A stretch of DNA of 64,000 bases from Minisyncoccota bacterium (GTDB lineage: Bacteria > Patescibacteriota > Minisyncoccia > Phycocordibacterales > UBA9973). The DNA lies in assembly GCA_018062425.1 (NCBI GenBank), contig JAGOSH010000001.1, forward strand, positions 16,039 through 80,038, in the 5' to 3' direction. Every line of letters starts with the position of its first letter. The stretch's first letter is position 1. The notes under the pieces were generated by a model. That model saw only the letters and a list, made by a program, of their open reading frames with translations. It had not been told where the DNA came from and ran no database searches. Below are positions 63,903 to 64,000 of the stretch, in pieces. The translations under genes were made by a program, and so were the position numbers.

Positions 63903-64000
63903 ATGTTTCGCAATTCAAGTCACAACTTTTTTTCGACTCCGAAATTTCTGGAGATGCCTTCTTTTGGCCTGGACATATCAGACGAGTCGATTAAATATAT
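63903..64000 (+). CDS. start of a PilM/FtsA-like actin-fold protein (3' end outside window)
   Basis: MFRNSSHNFFSTPKFLEMPSFGLDISDESIKY resembles a PilM N-terminus; only 32 aa are visible. Confidence 0.3.
   Translation, partial: MFRNSSHNFFSTPKFLEMPSFGLDISDESIKY

Noticed and set aside
1-64000. An alternative genetic code with TGA recoded (Gracilibacteria/Absconditabacteria type)
   Set aside because: Several well-supported genes end on TGA, for example dnaN at 28673-28675 and the membrane-protein gene at 40684-40686, which sits within its terminator stem. Long ORFs are intact under the standard code.

Overview
Low-GC (~40%), gene-dense bacterial window read in the standard genetic code (TGA is used as a stop). 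Short genes, many hypothetical secreted or membrane proteins, a monoderm-style division/insertase set (Jag, short YidC, class A PBP, L,D-transpeptidase domain) and apparently leaderless promoters suggest a small Patescibacteria/CPR-like or other reduced Gram-positive-type genome. This is inference, not a database hit.

Contents, in order:
- 1-5969: a 5'-truncated coiled-coil protein, a secreted protein, UvrD/PcrA helicase and KsgA/RsmA.
- 6006-23941: a 12-gene, all plus-strand block of secreted and membrane proteins. Its recognisable members are a VirB4/TrbE conjugative ATPase (split across two ORFs), a VirB6/TrbL-like polytopic membrane protein, a VirB3-like small membrane protein, a VirB2-like two-helix protein fused to an L,D-transpeptidase domain, and a 1165-aa surface protein with thrombospondin-type-3 Ca-binding repeats. 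This looks like a type IV secretion-like apparatus; no VirD4 or relaxase is visible.
- 23951-28923: the chromosomal replication origin locus (jag-yidC-yidD-rnpA-rpmH divergent from dnaA-dnaN) with DnaA-box-like sequences.
- 28920-56698: PBP1A, tyrS, ruvC-yebC-ruvB, a LOG-family protein, a PilB/GspE ATPase, polA, tRNA-Lys, uvrB, uvrA, coaE, uvrC, trmL-like, fpg, ruvA, an ArsR regulator, a PduO-type cobalamin adenosyltransferase beside a class II (B12) ribonucleotide reductase and a small polytopic membrane protein, and rpsT.
- 56754-64000: an ABC-F ATPase, a HelD-like helicase module flanked by a 39-bp direct repeat, rluB, tRNA-Arg(?), ung, tRNA-Ser, ruvX and a partial PilM-like start.

Most notable findings:
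1. A 36-bp composite palindrome inserted in-frame (12 aa, RSDL..SRGPTS) once in uvrB and twice in uvrC.
2. A 46-bp repeat present once intergenic and once inside ksgA, each copy sitting in the loop of a different 13-bp inverted repeat.
3. A 39-bp perfect direct repeat that duplicates the overlapping 3' tails of convergent abcF and rluB around the inserted helicase gene.
4. The type IV secretion-like cluster with a split VirB4 and the pilin-like/L,D-transpeptidase fusion.
5. A 19-bp duplicate of the tRNA-Ser 3' end about 150 bp downstream, with GC-rich hairpin-rich DNA in between.
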